Below, one piece after another: positions 29,977 to 39,400 of a DNA stretch of 64,000 bases (position 1 is the stretch's first letter; each line of letters starts with the position of its first letter). The stretch lies in the NCBI GenBank assembly GCA_016839805.1, contig JAEOTO010000032.1:128001-192000 (forward strand), in the 5' to 3' direction. The translations under genes were made by a program, and so were the position numbers. Under the pieces are notes generated by a model. It saw only the letters and a program-made list of their open reading frames with translations. It had not been told where the DNA came from and did not search any database. This DNA comes from Candidatus Hermodarchaeota archaeon (lineage in GTDB: Archaea; Asgardarchaeota; Hermodarchaeia; Hermodarchaeales; Hermodarchaeaceae).

Positions 29977-30993
29977 GTGATAAAGATGCAAAACTTCCAG
30001 TGTACTGAGTGCTCCGGACACACTATACTGACTAATGGTGAATATGTGTGCACAACTTGTGGTCTAGTTCTAGCACGTCAAGTGGTTGACTCGCAATATC
30101 AGATATACAAGGAAGATAGTAGTTCCTCTTCACATGCCAAGTCTTATGTTGCACTGGGTAAGCGATCGGTGATGGTTGGAGGGTTGGGGAGCTTCATCGA
30201 TTATCAGGCTAGCCGATTTTTCTATGATAAAAGTGGTAGACCATTAGCACCCAGAACACAGCGATTGTTTCGAAGGCTAAAATTTGACTACAATCTCCGT
30301 CTTCGGATTGCAAAACGAGAAACAACCTATCGTGCCTTGAAATCTCTGAGCAGAGTAGCAGATCTACTTTCTTTGCCTGATAGCATCAAAGATCGCGCGG
30401 CCTATTACTATCAAAAAATGGATAAGAAGCTTGACAACAGCGATATTACTAGTCACCTTACTCTTATGGCGTATGGATTGATGTTGGCTGTTCGTGAGTC
30501 GAAAGAAAACGCACCTATTACTTTACAAGAAATTGCAGATGCCTTTCAGAAGCTCGGGCACAGAGTGACTAGTCGTTCGATTATCCGCCAGGCACTTTCA
30601 GTAAAAAAGACACTTCCACTTTCTCCCACCAAGAGAATGAGCGAAGACTACCTACAACGACTCGTATCTCAAACAATTACCCATCCTGCGATACGCCTGA
30701 GACTTCGACGTGCTGGACTCTCAATTCAGGAGTATCAGGCACGTCTAGTAAAGTATGCCAATCTGTTGTTCAGCAAAATCAGTGTTGCAGAGCGAGGAGG
30801 AAGAAACCCATTCATTTTTGCCGTTGCAGTTGTTTATAGCTCGGATCTCCTAATGGCTAAACTCGCTAGACGCCGACCAATACTCACTCAGCGGTTGATC
30901 TCAAAGGCAACAAACGCAGCAGAATATAGTGTACGAGACCATTATGCCAAGTTGCTGAAGAAACACCTTCTGAAGATGCTACCCCAGCACTAG
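29977..30993 (+). CDS. tfb: Divergent transcription factor B (TFB/TFIIB family)
   Basis: Zn ribbon CTEC..GEYVCTTCGLV, LGSFI, two cyclin repeats (ITLQEIADA; GRNP; LTQR..EYSVR). Confidence 0.8.
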   Translation: MIKMQNFQCTECSGHTILTNGEYVCTTCGLVLARQVVDSQYQIYKEDSSSSSHAKSYVALGKRSVMVGGLGSFIDYQASRFFYDKSGRPLAPRTQRLFRRLKFDYNLRLRIAKRETTYRALKSLSRVADLLSLPDSIKDRAAYYYQKMDKKLDNSDITSHLTLMAYGLMLAVRESKENAPITLQEIADAFQKLGHRVTSRSIIRQALSVKKTLPLSPTKRMSEDYLQRLVSQTITHPAIRLRLRRAGLSIQEYQARLVKYANLLFSKISVAERGGRNPFIFAVAVVYSSDLLMAKLARRRPILTQRLISKATNAAEYSVRDHYAKLLKKHLLKMLPQH

Positions 30994-31245
30994 TTGTATT
31001 AGGTGTAAAGTTATTACAACGATCACGAATAGAGAGAATAGAATGACTGTACGGAACACCGTAGGGCCCGCAGCCAACGAGAGGAATAGCACTACAGGAA
31101 TTGAGGTGATAATTGTTCCAGAGATGATTACTAGACTGATAACATCATGACTGATGGATTGAACAATGAGAAGAAGCATCCAAGAACATAATATGATTTT
31201 CAGAATTGGAAAAATAAGCATTAGACATCCCTTAGACTGCTTCAA
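30979..31245 (-). CDS. Small hydrophobic membrane protein
   Basis: About three TM segments; overlaps and follows 31232-31648. Confidence 0.5.
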   Translation of the reverse strand: MKQSKGCLMLIFPILKIILCSWMLLLIVQSISHDVISLVIISGTIITSIPVVLFLSLAAGPTVFRTVILFSLFVIVVITLHLIQLVLG

Positions 31246-31648
31246 AGGCTATTTGAATTAGTGTTTCATTAACAGCTATTATTAACCTGTTAACTCCTAT
31301 TTCGGGAGAAGCGGTTAATAAGATTGGACACCGATAGGTTCGAGTGACGATATACCAAGAGTTCAGATATGTTTTGAAAATGAGCTGATTATTTTCACAT
31401 TCAAGGGATACATTAGCAGGAACGATTATGCGTTTTGAAAATATAGTCTGACTCTGATCTGCTTGCAAAACTGATTCATCGACATCCTGAACAAATTGTT
31501 CAAACATGAGAGATTGTTCAGTTTCTGAAATGACCTGAGTTGTTGTTAAAAAAAGCGGAACTCCGATTGAAATAAGGAGTATGAGGTTTAATCCGATTAG
31601 CACAATTTTTTCTAGACTCTGATTCAATTCAGTCCCAATAGAATCCAA
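31232..31648 (-). CDS. Pilin-like single-TM protein
   Basis: N-terminal SLEKIVLIG hydrophobic helix plus small beta domain; divergent from the pilus ATPase. Confidence 0.5.
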   Translation of the reverse strand: MDSIGTELNQSLEKIVLIGLNLILLISIGVPLFLTTTQVISETEQSLMFEQFVQDVDESVLQADQSQTIFSKRIIVPANVSLECENNQLIFKTYLNSWYIVTRTYRCPILLTASPEIGVNRLIIAVNETLIQIAFEAV

Positions 31649-31726
31649 ATTAAAAGAAATTTAAAGTCCTATTTTTACGAATTTCTTCCTTTAAATACGA
31701 AAATTCGAACTATCAAAACGGTAAAC

Positions 31727-33784
31727 ATGGTTTGTCCATTTCACCTCTCAAAAGAAGGACCTGACACGGAGTCTCTAATATTTTGTTGTGACCTGTGTTC
31801 TTATGAAGGAAAATCAAAAGGCGATATTGCCTCTAGTCCATTTTGTCGGTACCAATTTTTACAGGTGTTACCTTTCATTGAGAAAAATTACCCATGCCGG
31901 TTTAATGCAGATAAAATGATCGTAACCGTTCCAATTTCTTCAATGAAAGTACTCAAAGAATTCGCTTCAATAATCAATGAATATGATAAACGTTTTCCGG
32001 AGATTTTCACACAGTATCCTGATATTAAACAGAAGCTGTTTTCAAATCCACTTGCAGAATACAAAAAACTAAAAACTTCTTACAGAGCGTCAAAAAAACG
32101 ATTTGTTCGTGAATTTATTTCCGCCTTAGAGGAAACTGATTTATTAACACAGGCAAAAGCTCAATTTGGAGATATTGTTTCACTCAATCAAAGTATCTTA
32201 TTTGAGAATCTATTGCATATTACTAAAAAACAAATTGAATATATGGAACCAATTGATCCCGAAAACAAATCAAACTTAATTAACCACTATCATATTGGAC
32301 CGTTTAATATTCAAGTGTTAGAATATCCTCGATTTCCAATCGAAAAGGTCTATAGAGTTGTTGTGGCCTTAGATCAAATCTTATCACCTCGTATACTTCA
32401 ACATCTTTTTACTCAACATTGGCAAAGTTCTTCTATTGAAGTGAGATTACAGAGTTTGGAAGAGTTACTCAACAACAAGATATCTAATTACCAAAACTAC
32501 CTGAACTCTCATTTTGAAGAACTGACTGAGTTGGAACAAAAGAATTTAGCAATTTATGCTACAGCACAGTCACTCAATATAACAAAAACTATGCCGCTTC
32601 TCCTTGATGATGATGTGCAGGAAATTTACTTAGATAAACCGGGTAGCGTCTATTATCTCGATCATGCCAAATGGGGACGATGTAAAACCAACTTAGTACC
32701 CTCTAATTCAGAGTTATCACATATTATTACCCGTTTACGCCTTGAAAGTCGAAAACCCCTTGATGAAAGAATGCCCTCCCTGAAAACAGAATTAAAGACC
32801 AACCTATTTCATGTCCGGGCCGCGATTGATATTCCTCCCCTTGCTTATGAAGGACCTCATTTGAATATTCGAAAGCTGCGGATGCGAATTCTTACACTCC
32901 CTGAACTAATCACCAATAGAACCATATCACTCTCGGCTGCCGCCTTTCTAATCTTATGTTTAACTTTACGCACTAATATGACCATTTGTGGCGAGCCATC
33001 AACCGGAAAGACCACCCTTGCTAACGCCATCAATTTATTATCCCCACCAAGTTGGCGAAGGATTGCTATTGAAGATGCTCTTGAGAGCGTAACAGTCGAT
33101 GAATCTGGAAGGCACAAAGTCATCTTCAAGGTTGATCCTTTTGATTCTCTTGACAAAAGCCGTTCAACAAAATCTGATGAAATCATTCGGCTATTACATC
33201 GATCACCCGATTGGGTATTTTTAGGTGAATTACAAACGGCAGAACATAGTTCTGCAATGTTCCACGCAATTAGCGCAGGTATCCGAGGGATTCAAACATG
33301 CCATGCCAATTCTAATACTGACCTTTTGTTACGTTGGCGTATTCATCATAATATTCCAGAAGTGTGTTTCCAAGGCCTAGGATTACTTATCCACATGACA
33401 AGAGAAGTATCCCAAGGACAAATTATTCGCCGAGTTGCCCAAATTAGCGAAGTTAAGTTCGATTCAGATACTGCTTCGTTGATAACTTTATTCGAGTGGG
33501 ACAAAACCTCTGGCCAACTCGTTCAAAAAATTGATGATTTGATTACGCCTTTAGTTTCACGGACTTGTAAATTTCAATCAATATCAAAACAGGATATTAG
33601 AATTCGATTCGAAACTTACAAAAAAACGTTAGCCGAACTGGTTTCGAAGGGAGATTACAATCCATTAGTAATAGTGTCCGCGTTTGACAAAATACATGGC
33701 ATTTTACTGACCAACTGGAATAGTACACCTAGTATTCCAGGAAAAAACCAACATTGTAGAGAAGAGGGAAATGGATTTCATTAA
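31727..33784 (+). CDS. Type II/IV secretion (TadA/FlaI/VirB11-like) pilus assembly ATPase
   Basis: DDDVQEIY, NIRK, GEPSTGKTT, IEDALE, LHRSPDWVFLGE, TCHA, RRVAQISE. Confidence 0.9.
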   Translation: MVCPFHLSKEGPDTESLIFCCDLCSYEGKSKGDIASSPFCRYQFLQVLPFIEKNYPCRFNADKMIVTVPISSMKVLKEFASIINEYDKRFPEIFTQYPDIKQKLFSNPLAEYKKLKTSYRASKKRFVREFISALEETDLLTQAKAQFGDIVSLNQSILFENLLHITKKQIEYMEPIDPENKSNLINHYHIGPFNIQVLEYPRFPIEKVYRVVVALDQILSPRILQHLFTQHWQSSSIEVRLQSLEELLNNKISNYQNYLNSHFEELTELEQKNLAIYATAQSLNITKTMPLLLDDDVQEIYLDKPGSVYYLDHAKWGRCKTNLVPSNSELSHIITRLRLESRKPLDERMPSLKTELKTNLFHVRAAIDIPPLAYEGPHLNIRKLRMRILTLPELITNRTISLSAAAFLILCLTLRTNMTICGEPSTGKTTLANAINLLSPPSWRRIAIEDALESVTVDESGRHKVIFKVDPFDSLDKSRSTKSDEIIRLLHRSPDWVFLGELQTAEHSSAMFHAISAGIRGIQTCHANSNTDLLLRWRIHHNIPEVCFQGLGLLIHMTREVSQGQIIRRVAQISEVKFDSDTASLITLFEWDKTSGQLVQKIDDLITPLVSRTCKFQSISKQDIRIRFETYKKTLAELVSKGDYNPLVIVSAFDKIHGILLTNWNSTPSIPGKNQHCREEGNGFH

Positions 33785-34604
33785 ATTTCTCGGTAAACTT
33801 GGAAATCGTGTCCCCGGAGTAGATCGAATTGGTAAACGACTCGTTTCCCTCGAAATTATTGAAGCAGTAGAATTTCTCTACCAGCATAACCTGAACCCTG
33901 TTGATGTCTCAGGTGGTGTGATGGTAATAGGAATTTCAGTCTTCTTGGCAACTACCTTTATCCTAAATACTCTGATGCCTCCATTAAGTGCTTTTATCCT
34001 TAGTATAACAATTGCGATAATGAGTTGTTTAATAATTTTCAACAATATTGTAGCGAAATATTCCAATCGACTGGTACAGATTGAAAGAGTCACACCATAT
34101 GTTCTTGAGGAATTAGCAACAATCTATCTGACAACTGGTTCAGTGTTTGAAGCGATTCAGTACATTTCAAAAGGAGAGTTTGGCAGTATCTCCGATTCGT
34201 TTTCAACAATGATACTTCCGTTAAACCAGGGCGTCCCACCAGAACACCTATTGATGGCTTTTGCCATTTCACAACCATCGATAACTCTGCGTAGAGGATT
34301 ACTTGCGTTCATTCAGTTTGTTGAGTCTTCAAATAACAGTTTAGATGCCGTTATTTCCGATGCTCATGAAAACCTCCAACGAAGATTTGAACGGCTAACA
34401 TTACAATGGGACAGCCGGATGATGGTATATGCAGGTATGCTAGTATTCTTACCGATTATTTTCATTTTGGGCGTAGCTGTCCGTGGTATGGCGTATAATC
34501 CTTTCATACTACTCCTTCCTGTCCTTCAATTTGGTCTCTCTAAAATTCTACTTAAGACGCTATTACCAAACGAACTTATTTTATTAGGAGAACAGACAAA
34601 ATGA
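33771..34604 (+). CDS. TadB/TadC (T2SSF)-like membrane platform protein
   Basis: TM pairs flanking TGSVFEAI..GVPPE; follows the ATPase. Confidence 0.75.
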   Translation: MDFIKFLGKLGNRVPGVDRIGKRLVSLEIIEAVEFLYQHNLNPVDVSGGVMVIGISVFLATTFILNTLMPPLSAFILSITIAIMSCLIIFNNIVAKYSNRLVQIERVTPYVLEELATIYLTTGSVFEAIQYISKGEFGSISDSFSTMILPLNQGVPPEHLLMAFAISQPSITLRRGLLAFIQFVESSNNSLDAVISDAHENLQRRFERLTLQWDSRMMVYAGMLVFLPIIFILGVAVRGMAYNPFILLLPVLQFGLSKILLKTLLPNELILLGEQTK

Positions 34605-35260
34605 CACAAGATACTGAATTTGATCAATTCATCGATTTCATTGCACATTTCTCCTCTGAATTAGCTTCTGGAACTAGCCCAGAATATGCGTTGGTTCGAA
34701 CTTCTAATTACTTTGGCAAACAGACTCCCAGAGAAATTTTGAGCGCGTTGTGCGATATTGTAGAGGGGAGAAAATCATTCTATGATTCGTGGGCTGATTT
34801 GATTAGTGTATATAGTGGAAATGCCTACGCACGATTGTTAGAATTGCTAGGAAGGTTCCTCGAAAAAGGATCAAAAGTTGGAGGTGAACGAATGCTTCAG
34901 GTCCTGAAACAAGTAAGAAAGAATAGTACGATGACAAAAAACAGAGAAAACCTGATTAAAAGCCAAAAAGTAAAGGTTATGGCGCTTTCTCTTGTATCTT
35001 CGATAGTAATCGGAATGATTGCAGCTCTTGCTCCCATACTAACATTTGCATTCTATGAGGACCTTTTTTCTAGCTCAGTTTTAGTGTATCCAACTACGAT
35101 TGCGATTCAAATTTTTCTTGCATCATTATTGACAGTTATTGTTACTGGGTACAGACTTAATCAGACTGTTGGAGGATCGCTGCGTATTGTTTTACTCTGT
35201 TTAGCATCATTTGGCTGCACATACGTTCTAGTAGCTCATCTTCTTATGAATCTCATATAA
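34601..35260 (+). CDS. TadC (T2SSF)-like membrane platform protein
   Basis: ELASGTSPEYAL motif, C-terminal TMs, operon context. Confidence 0.7.
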   Translation: MTQDTEFDQFIDFIAHFSSELASGTSPEYALVRTSNYFGKQTPREILSALCDIVEGRKSFYDSWADLISVYSGNAYARLLELLGRFLEKGSKVGGERMLQVLKQVRKNSTMTKNRENLIKSQKVKVMALSLVSSIVIGMIAALAPILTFAFYEDLFSSSVLVYPTTIAIQIFLASLLTVIVTGYRLNQTVGGSLRIVLLCLASFGCTYVLVAHLLMNLI

Positions 35261-35295
35261 TTGTGGGGCTTAAATAAGCAAACATAAACTGCTTA

Positions 35296-35523
35296 ATGAG
35301 AAATAAGATGAGAATTTTTAAGGTCTTAGTAGATTTCCTTCGAAACCGACGAGGATCTCCACTAGTTGAAGAAGGATTACTCTTAGGACTCGCAATTCTG
35401 ACCATCACGATTTTGATTACAGTAATCCTTGATGTTATGGGTTGGTCACAAGGTCTCTTCCAGTCGATTCTAATCCAGCTTGATCAAGTAAGACAAGCAT
35501 TCCTTGGTTGGATTGGAGGGTAG
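35296..35523 (+). CDS. Short Flp-like type IV pilin
   Basis: Class III signal FLRNRRG|SPLVE (Glu at +5) followed by a hydrophobic helix. Confidence 0.8.
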   Translation: MRNKMRIFKVLVDFLRNRRGSPLVEEGLLLGLAILTITILITVILDVMGWSQGLFQSILIQLDQVRQAFLGWIGG

Positions 35524-35546
35524 TGAACTTCGGAGATTGTAAGAAT

Positions 35547-36884
35547 CTAAGAGCTTGCATTTGAAGCCGATTCTATTTTTTTCAGACCAAGCCCCTGCAG
35601 GGGTTCATTCCCCACAATTCCTGAATGAAATTCAGTCAACGAGGGGTGCGGTTGTTGATTATCGATCGGTATATTTTCAGCTGAACCATCGGATTCAATT
35701 TCCGCTGGGAGTATATGTTCCACGTTTCCGACTCGTGAAATCATAGCCGGTGAACTCTCCTCTTGATCCGTACCACTCGTCGTGGAATCTAGTCGATACA
35801 ATTGTAATGAATTCCAATCAACATCATCAAAGATTTCGATGTTGCCCCGAAAACCGGGTAGTACAGCTGAGTTACCTTCTAAACCAGTCACTATTAGCAA
35901 AACTCTCACATAGCCAGCAAAATCCGAAATAATTCGAGCACCCCAAATTATCCTAGCATCATGCCGCATTTGACGTGTCACGACATCAGCTACACGAGTA
36001 GCCTCCTCCAAACTTAAGTCAGGCCCACCAATAACATGAATTAATGCTCCTGTCGCACCTTTAACACTGAGATCACCTAATAGTGGAGAGTGGAGTGCAT
36101 TTTTCACAGCTTCGGATATCCTGTCGAACCCTTTGTTCTCTGATGGCGCTGCCTCTCCTAATCCGACTAGGGCTACACCACCTCCAGCTAGAACACTTCG
36201 AACATCAGCAAAATCGAGGTTGATTAGACTGGGTAGACTAATAGTTTCGGTTACTCCTTTCACCATACTAGCTAAGATTTCATCTGCAACACTAAAGGCT
36301 TCGTCAATTGGAAGATCACGGGCAATCTCGAGGAGTTTGTTATTATCAATTACTATGACTGTATCTGCATATCTTCGCAATCGCTGTAGCCCTCGGTGCG
36401 CCTTGTTAATTCTAGCTCCTTCGATTGTGAAAGGCGTAGTGACCGTACACACAACAATTGCACCGTTTTGTTTCGCAATTTCAGCAATTACCGGTGCTGC
36501 GCCTGTACCAGTTCCTCCTCCTAAACCTGCTGCGATAAACAACAAGTCAACACCGCGTAGTAGATTTGTTAGATCCTGACGAGATTCTTCTGCAGCAGCA
36601 GCACCTAATTCAGGAAACCCGCCAGTACCCAATCCTCTAGTAATTGTCTTTCCAATGAGTATTTTCAGATGTGCCTGGACGTGATCTAGATGTTGCTGAT
36701 CCGTGTTTATAGCCACACACTCTGCTCCTTGTATTCCTATTTGTACTAATCTGTTAATGGTATTGTTACCGCCTCCTCCAACACCAGCAACCATTATTCT
36801 TGCGCCAGATTTCGAATATCTTGGAGCTTTGTTGGTTGGACGTTGAGCAGCATCTTGAACAAGTTTTGATAAACCACTATTCAT
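35547..36884 (-). CDS. ftsZ: Cell division protein FtsZ (FtsZ2-like by cdrS linkage)
   Basis: GVGGGGNN, INTD, GLGGGTGTG, NLDFADV, IWGAR. Confidence 0.97.
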   Translation of the reverse strand: MNSGLSKLVQDAAQRPTNKAPRYSKSGARIMVAGVGGGGNNTINRLVQIGIQGAECVAINTDQQHLDHVQAHLKILIGKTITRGLGTGGFPELGAAAAEESRQDLTNLLRGVDLLFIAAGLGGGTGTGAAPVIAEIAKQNGAIVVCTVTTPFTIEGARINKAHRGLQRLRRYADTVIVIDNNKLLEIARDLPIDEAFSVADEILASMVKGVTETISLPSLINLDFADVRSVLAGGGVALVGLGEAAPSENKGFDRISEAVKNALHSPLLGDLSVKGATGALIHVIGGPDLSLEEATRVADVVTRQMRHDARIIWGARIISDFAGYVRVLLIVTGLEGNSAVLPGFRGNIEIFDDVDWNSLQLYRLDSTTSGTDQEESSPAMISRVGNVEHILPAEIESDGSAENIPIDNQQPHPSLTEFHSGIVGNEPLQGLGLKKIESASNASS

Positions 36885-36890
36885 TGATAT

Positions 36891-37058
36891 TCACCTAACT
36901 TTGATTTGAGGAGCTGATTGGCTCCAAAGTTCTCGTTTCAGGAGATCTCGGACTGCTATTCGAATGGCTTCGCTTCGGTTTGGATAGAGTTTTTCAAGAA
37001 TCAATTTTTCAATTCCGTTGACGTACGCTTCAGGAAGGTTAACTGTTATTAGCTTCAT
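36891..37058 (-). CDS. cdrS: Ribbon-helix-helix regulator, CdrS-like (probable ATG at 37058)
   Basis: MKLITVNLP..YPNRSEAIRIAVRDLL directly upstream of ftsZ. Confidence 0.85.
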   Translation of the reverse strand: MKLITVNLPEAYVNGIEKLILEKLYPNRSEAIRIAVRDLLKRELWSQSAPQIKVR

Positions 37059-37380
37059 TTCAATCAGATGCATACCTAGATGTTTCCCTGAAAATATGCT
37101 AGTATTATCCAGGTATTACCGTCTGTGAATAATTACCCCTCGGGTAGGAAAAAACACTGGAATCCAGCCCTTTAAGTGCTCTAAATCAAAAAATACGGAC
37201 ACAATACTAGTATTACCTAGCACGGGAGCAAAGGCAACCGAAAACCATCGATTTTAAACCATTTAGCAGGTGAAATAGACAAGCAATAGACATTCCCCTT
37301 TAATGACAAAAGAATTGGCGCCAAAACAGTTGATAAAATTTAAAAAGACAAGTACGTGACGGGATGTTTGCCCATTGAGT

Positions 37381-37496
37381 GCGGGGGTACCCGAGCACGG
37401 TCTAAGGAATTTATTGAATAGATTCCGATTAAAGGGGCAGGACTGAGGCTCCTGTGGTGTAGACCTTCGTGGGTTCGAATCCCACCCCCCGCACCA
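37381..37496 (+). tRNA. tRNA-Leu(GAG) with a 28-nt D-loop intron at about 21/22 (37405-37432)
   Basis: Acceptor GCGGGGG/CCCCCGC-ACCA, long variable arm; BHB GGTC/GATT with TA|A and AA|A, inner helix GGAAT/ATTCC. Confidence 0.92.
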
Positions 37497-37558
37497 TATC
37501 ATTATTTTGATTATAATTTGTTGGTTTTTATAGAGTAAACTGGTCCAATCTGTGGAGC

Positions 37559-38494
37559 TTGCTGATGTTGTCAAGTAAAATGCTAGATCAGTTTAGTCTT
37601 CATTTACAACATATCAAAGCTGTCCCCGGAGTAGAAAACTCTGTTTTAGTTCAGAAAGATGGTTACCCAATATCCAGTGCTGGTGTTTGGTTATCAGAAA
37701 ACGAAATCTTTGGTCTGTCCTCTTCGGCTGCTGCGATATTATCTGTGGCACAAAGGCTTCATGATGACTTGTCTTATGTTCTAATCGAAGGAGAGCGGAG
37801 TAAATTTTTACTTGCAACATTACCGCGAGCTATGAACTATTTCATCACCGTCACGACACAAAGTCACAGCAATCTCGGTGCCCTTTTATTACAATTGGAA
37901 AGGACCATTTCTTATCTTGATGACGCCCTTTGGAATGAACAGTTTATTCCTCCATTACGAACTTTTGAACAGTCAGAACGAACTCAAATTTATAATGCGT
38001 TCAATGTACGTGAAGGTCCTAAACGAACTTGGTCAACTGGATCATTAAATATGGCTATCACGGAAAATACAGCTCAGCAAATTACAGAAATTGTTACTGA
38101 TTTCCTTAAAGCCTTACCTTCCGCAACAACAGGGGAGGTTTGTCTTGAAGGGGGATATTTGATTCCAACACAACGATATAATGAAGGTATGCGAATAAGA
38201 AATTCGACACTAACATACACTCTTTTTGATACATCTCGAAAAGTTGCTCAATTAGTTAAACGTACAGGAATACTCCAAGTTCTTTGTGATTGTGGGACCA
38301 AACAACATTTCATCTACCGGCTAGCAGGAGGGCTTTTTAGCACCCTAATCCGTAAAGATTCAACTCGTTTGGGCCTTTTACGTCTAATAATTCCCAATTT
38401 CATCTCGGAGATTGAGTCTGTTTTAGAAAAGGCTCCAATAGCACAGCGACCATCCCTCGATGTGGATGGCTTTTTGGAGGCGATAGCTCGATGA
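37559..38494 (+). CDS. Tandem roadblock/LC7 (MglB-like) domain protein
   Basis: VPGVENSVLVQKDGYPI..SSAAA..VLIEGE..NLGALL, plus a second copy ending TRLGLLRL. Confidence 0.8.
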   Translation: MLMLSSKMLDQFSLHLQHIKAVPGVENSVLVQKDGYPISSAGVWLSENEIFGLSSSAAAILSVAQRLHDDLSYVLIEGERSKFLLATLPRAMNYFITVTTQSHSNLGALLLQLERTISYLDDALWNEQFIPPLRTFEQSERTQIYNAFNVREGPKRTWSTGSLNMAITENTAQQITEIVTDFLKALPSATTGEVCLEGGYLIPTQRYNEGMRIRNSTLTYTLFDTSRKVAQLVKRTGILQVLCDCGTKQHFIYRLAGGLFSTLIRKDSTRLGLLRLIIPNFISEIESVLEKAPIAQRPSLDVDGFLEAIAR

Positions 38495-39381
38495 ACACTT
38501 TTCTTGATAGTGGATTGCATACCCTAGGACGTAAAGAGCGAGCAATTGTGTTACGATCTATTTTGGATCGGTACCCTGTTATTATTTACAGTGATTCCTG
38601 TGAGTCATCAGATGTAATCGCTGAATCACTAGTATCATTCGTTCCTCACCGACGGGAGATAGTTTTTGGATCGGATTTTGTCTCTTATTCAGAGCATGAA
38701 AGAATGATACACCATGAAAAGGGGGACTACAATGGGGAGAGGATAATCTACCGTGCGCCATCTTCCGCATCACAGTTAGTAACTGACCAAATAACAGACT
38801 TTAGAGGATGGGTTATTGCTACTGATCAGAGTAATGTTGAAAAAATCAAGCATGCCATTACTCGAACTTCTACCTCTCCGATCATTTTACGATTTGAAGA
38901 TGATTCTCTCAAGCTTGAATCAAATGGAAATTCAAAAGCTATTAATGATACAGTTTTTGAACAAAAATTGTTAGAAAAAGTGACTTCTGAAACCCAAACA
39001 AAAATTGAAAGAATCACACGTATTTTACGCAGAGCAGCCCGTGGAAAAGTAAGTGAAAGACTTGAAAAAAGCCTGATTGATCTTAAACAAGAAGAGGAAC
39101 GCGTCCGTCTGAGTTTATACCGGGAACATATTCAAGCATTCGTTGAAGCAGCTTGGCGGGTTATGATCATTTTGATGCGCCTTCGACTATTGCAAGGTGT
39201 TGGAGTCAAATCAGTAATTTCTGATAAGATGCTACAACAGGCAGTCGATTATAAAGGAGCCACAATTGATCGACTTATGGAGTTTATTAAGGCCGAATGG
39301 GGTGAAGATTTTCAGAGTTCCGTTCAGGAGGGAGCAGAACAAACGTTTGGTGATCGACTTGAAGGATTTTGGACGATTTAG
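38491..39381 (+). CDS. Conserved protein with a core-DENN-like pattern
   Basis: IVLRSILDRYPVIIYS..VIAESLVSFVPHR resembles the cDENN helix-strand-helix-Pro motif; lies between roadblock and GTPase. Confidence 0.5.
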   Translation: MNTFLDSGLHTLGRKERAIVLRSILDRYPVIIYSDSCESSDVIAESLVSFVPHRREIVFGSDFVSYSEHERMIHHEKGDYNGERIIYRAPSSASQLVTDQITDFRGWVIATDQSNVEKIKHAITRTSTSPIILRFEDDSLKLESNGNSKAINDTVFEQKLLEKVTSETQTKIERITRILRRAARGKVSERLEKSLIDLKQEEERVRLSLYREHIQAFVEAAWRVMIILMRLRLLQGVGVKSVISDKMLQQAVDYKGATIDRLMEFIKAEWGEDFQSSVQEGAEQTFGDRLEGFWTI

Positions 39382-39400
39382 GATTTGAGGGAATCGATTA

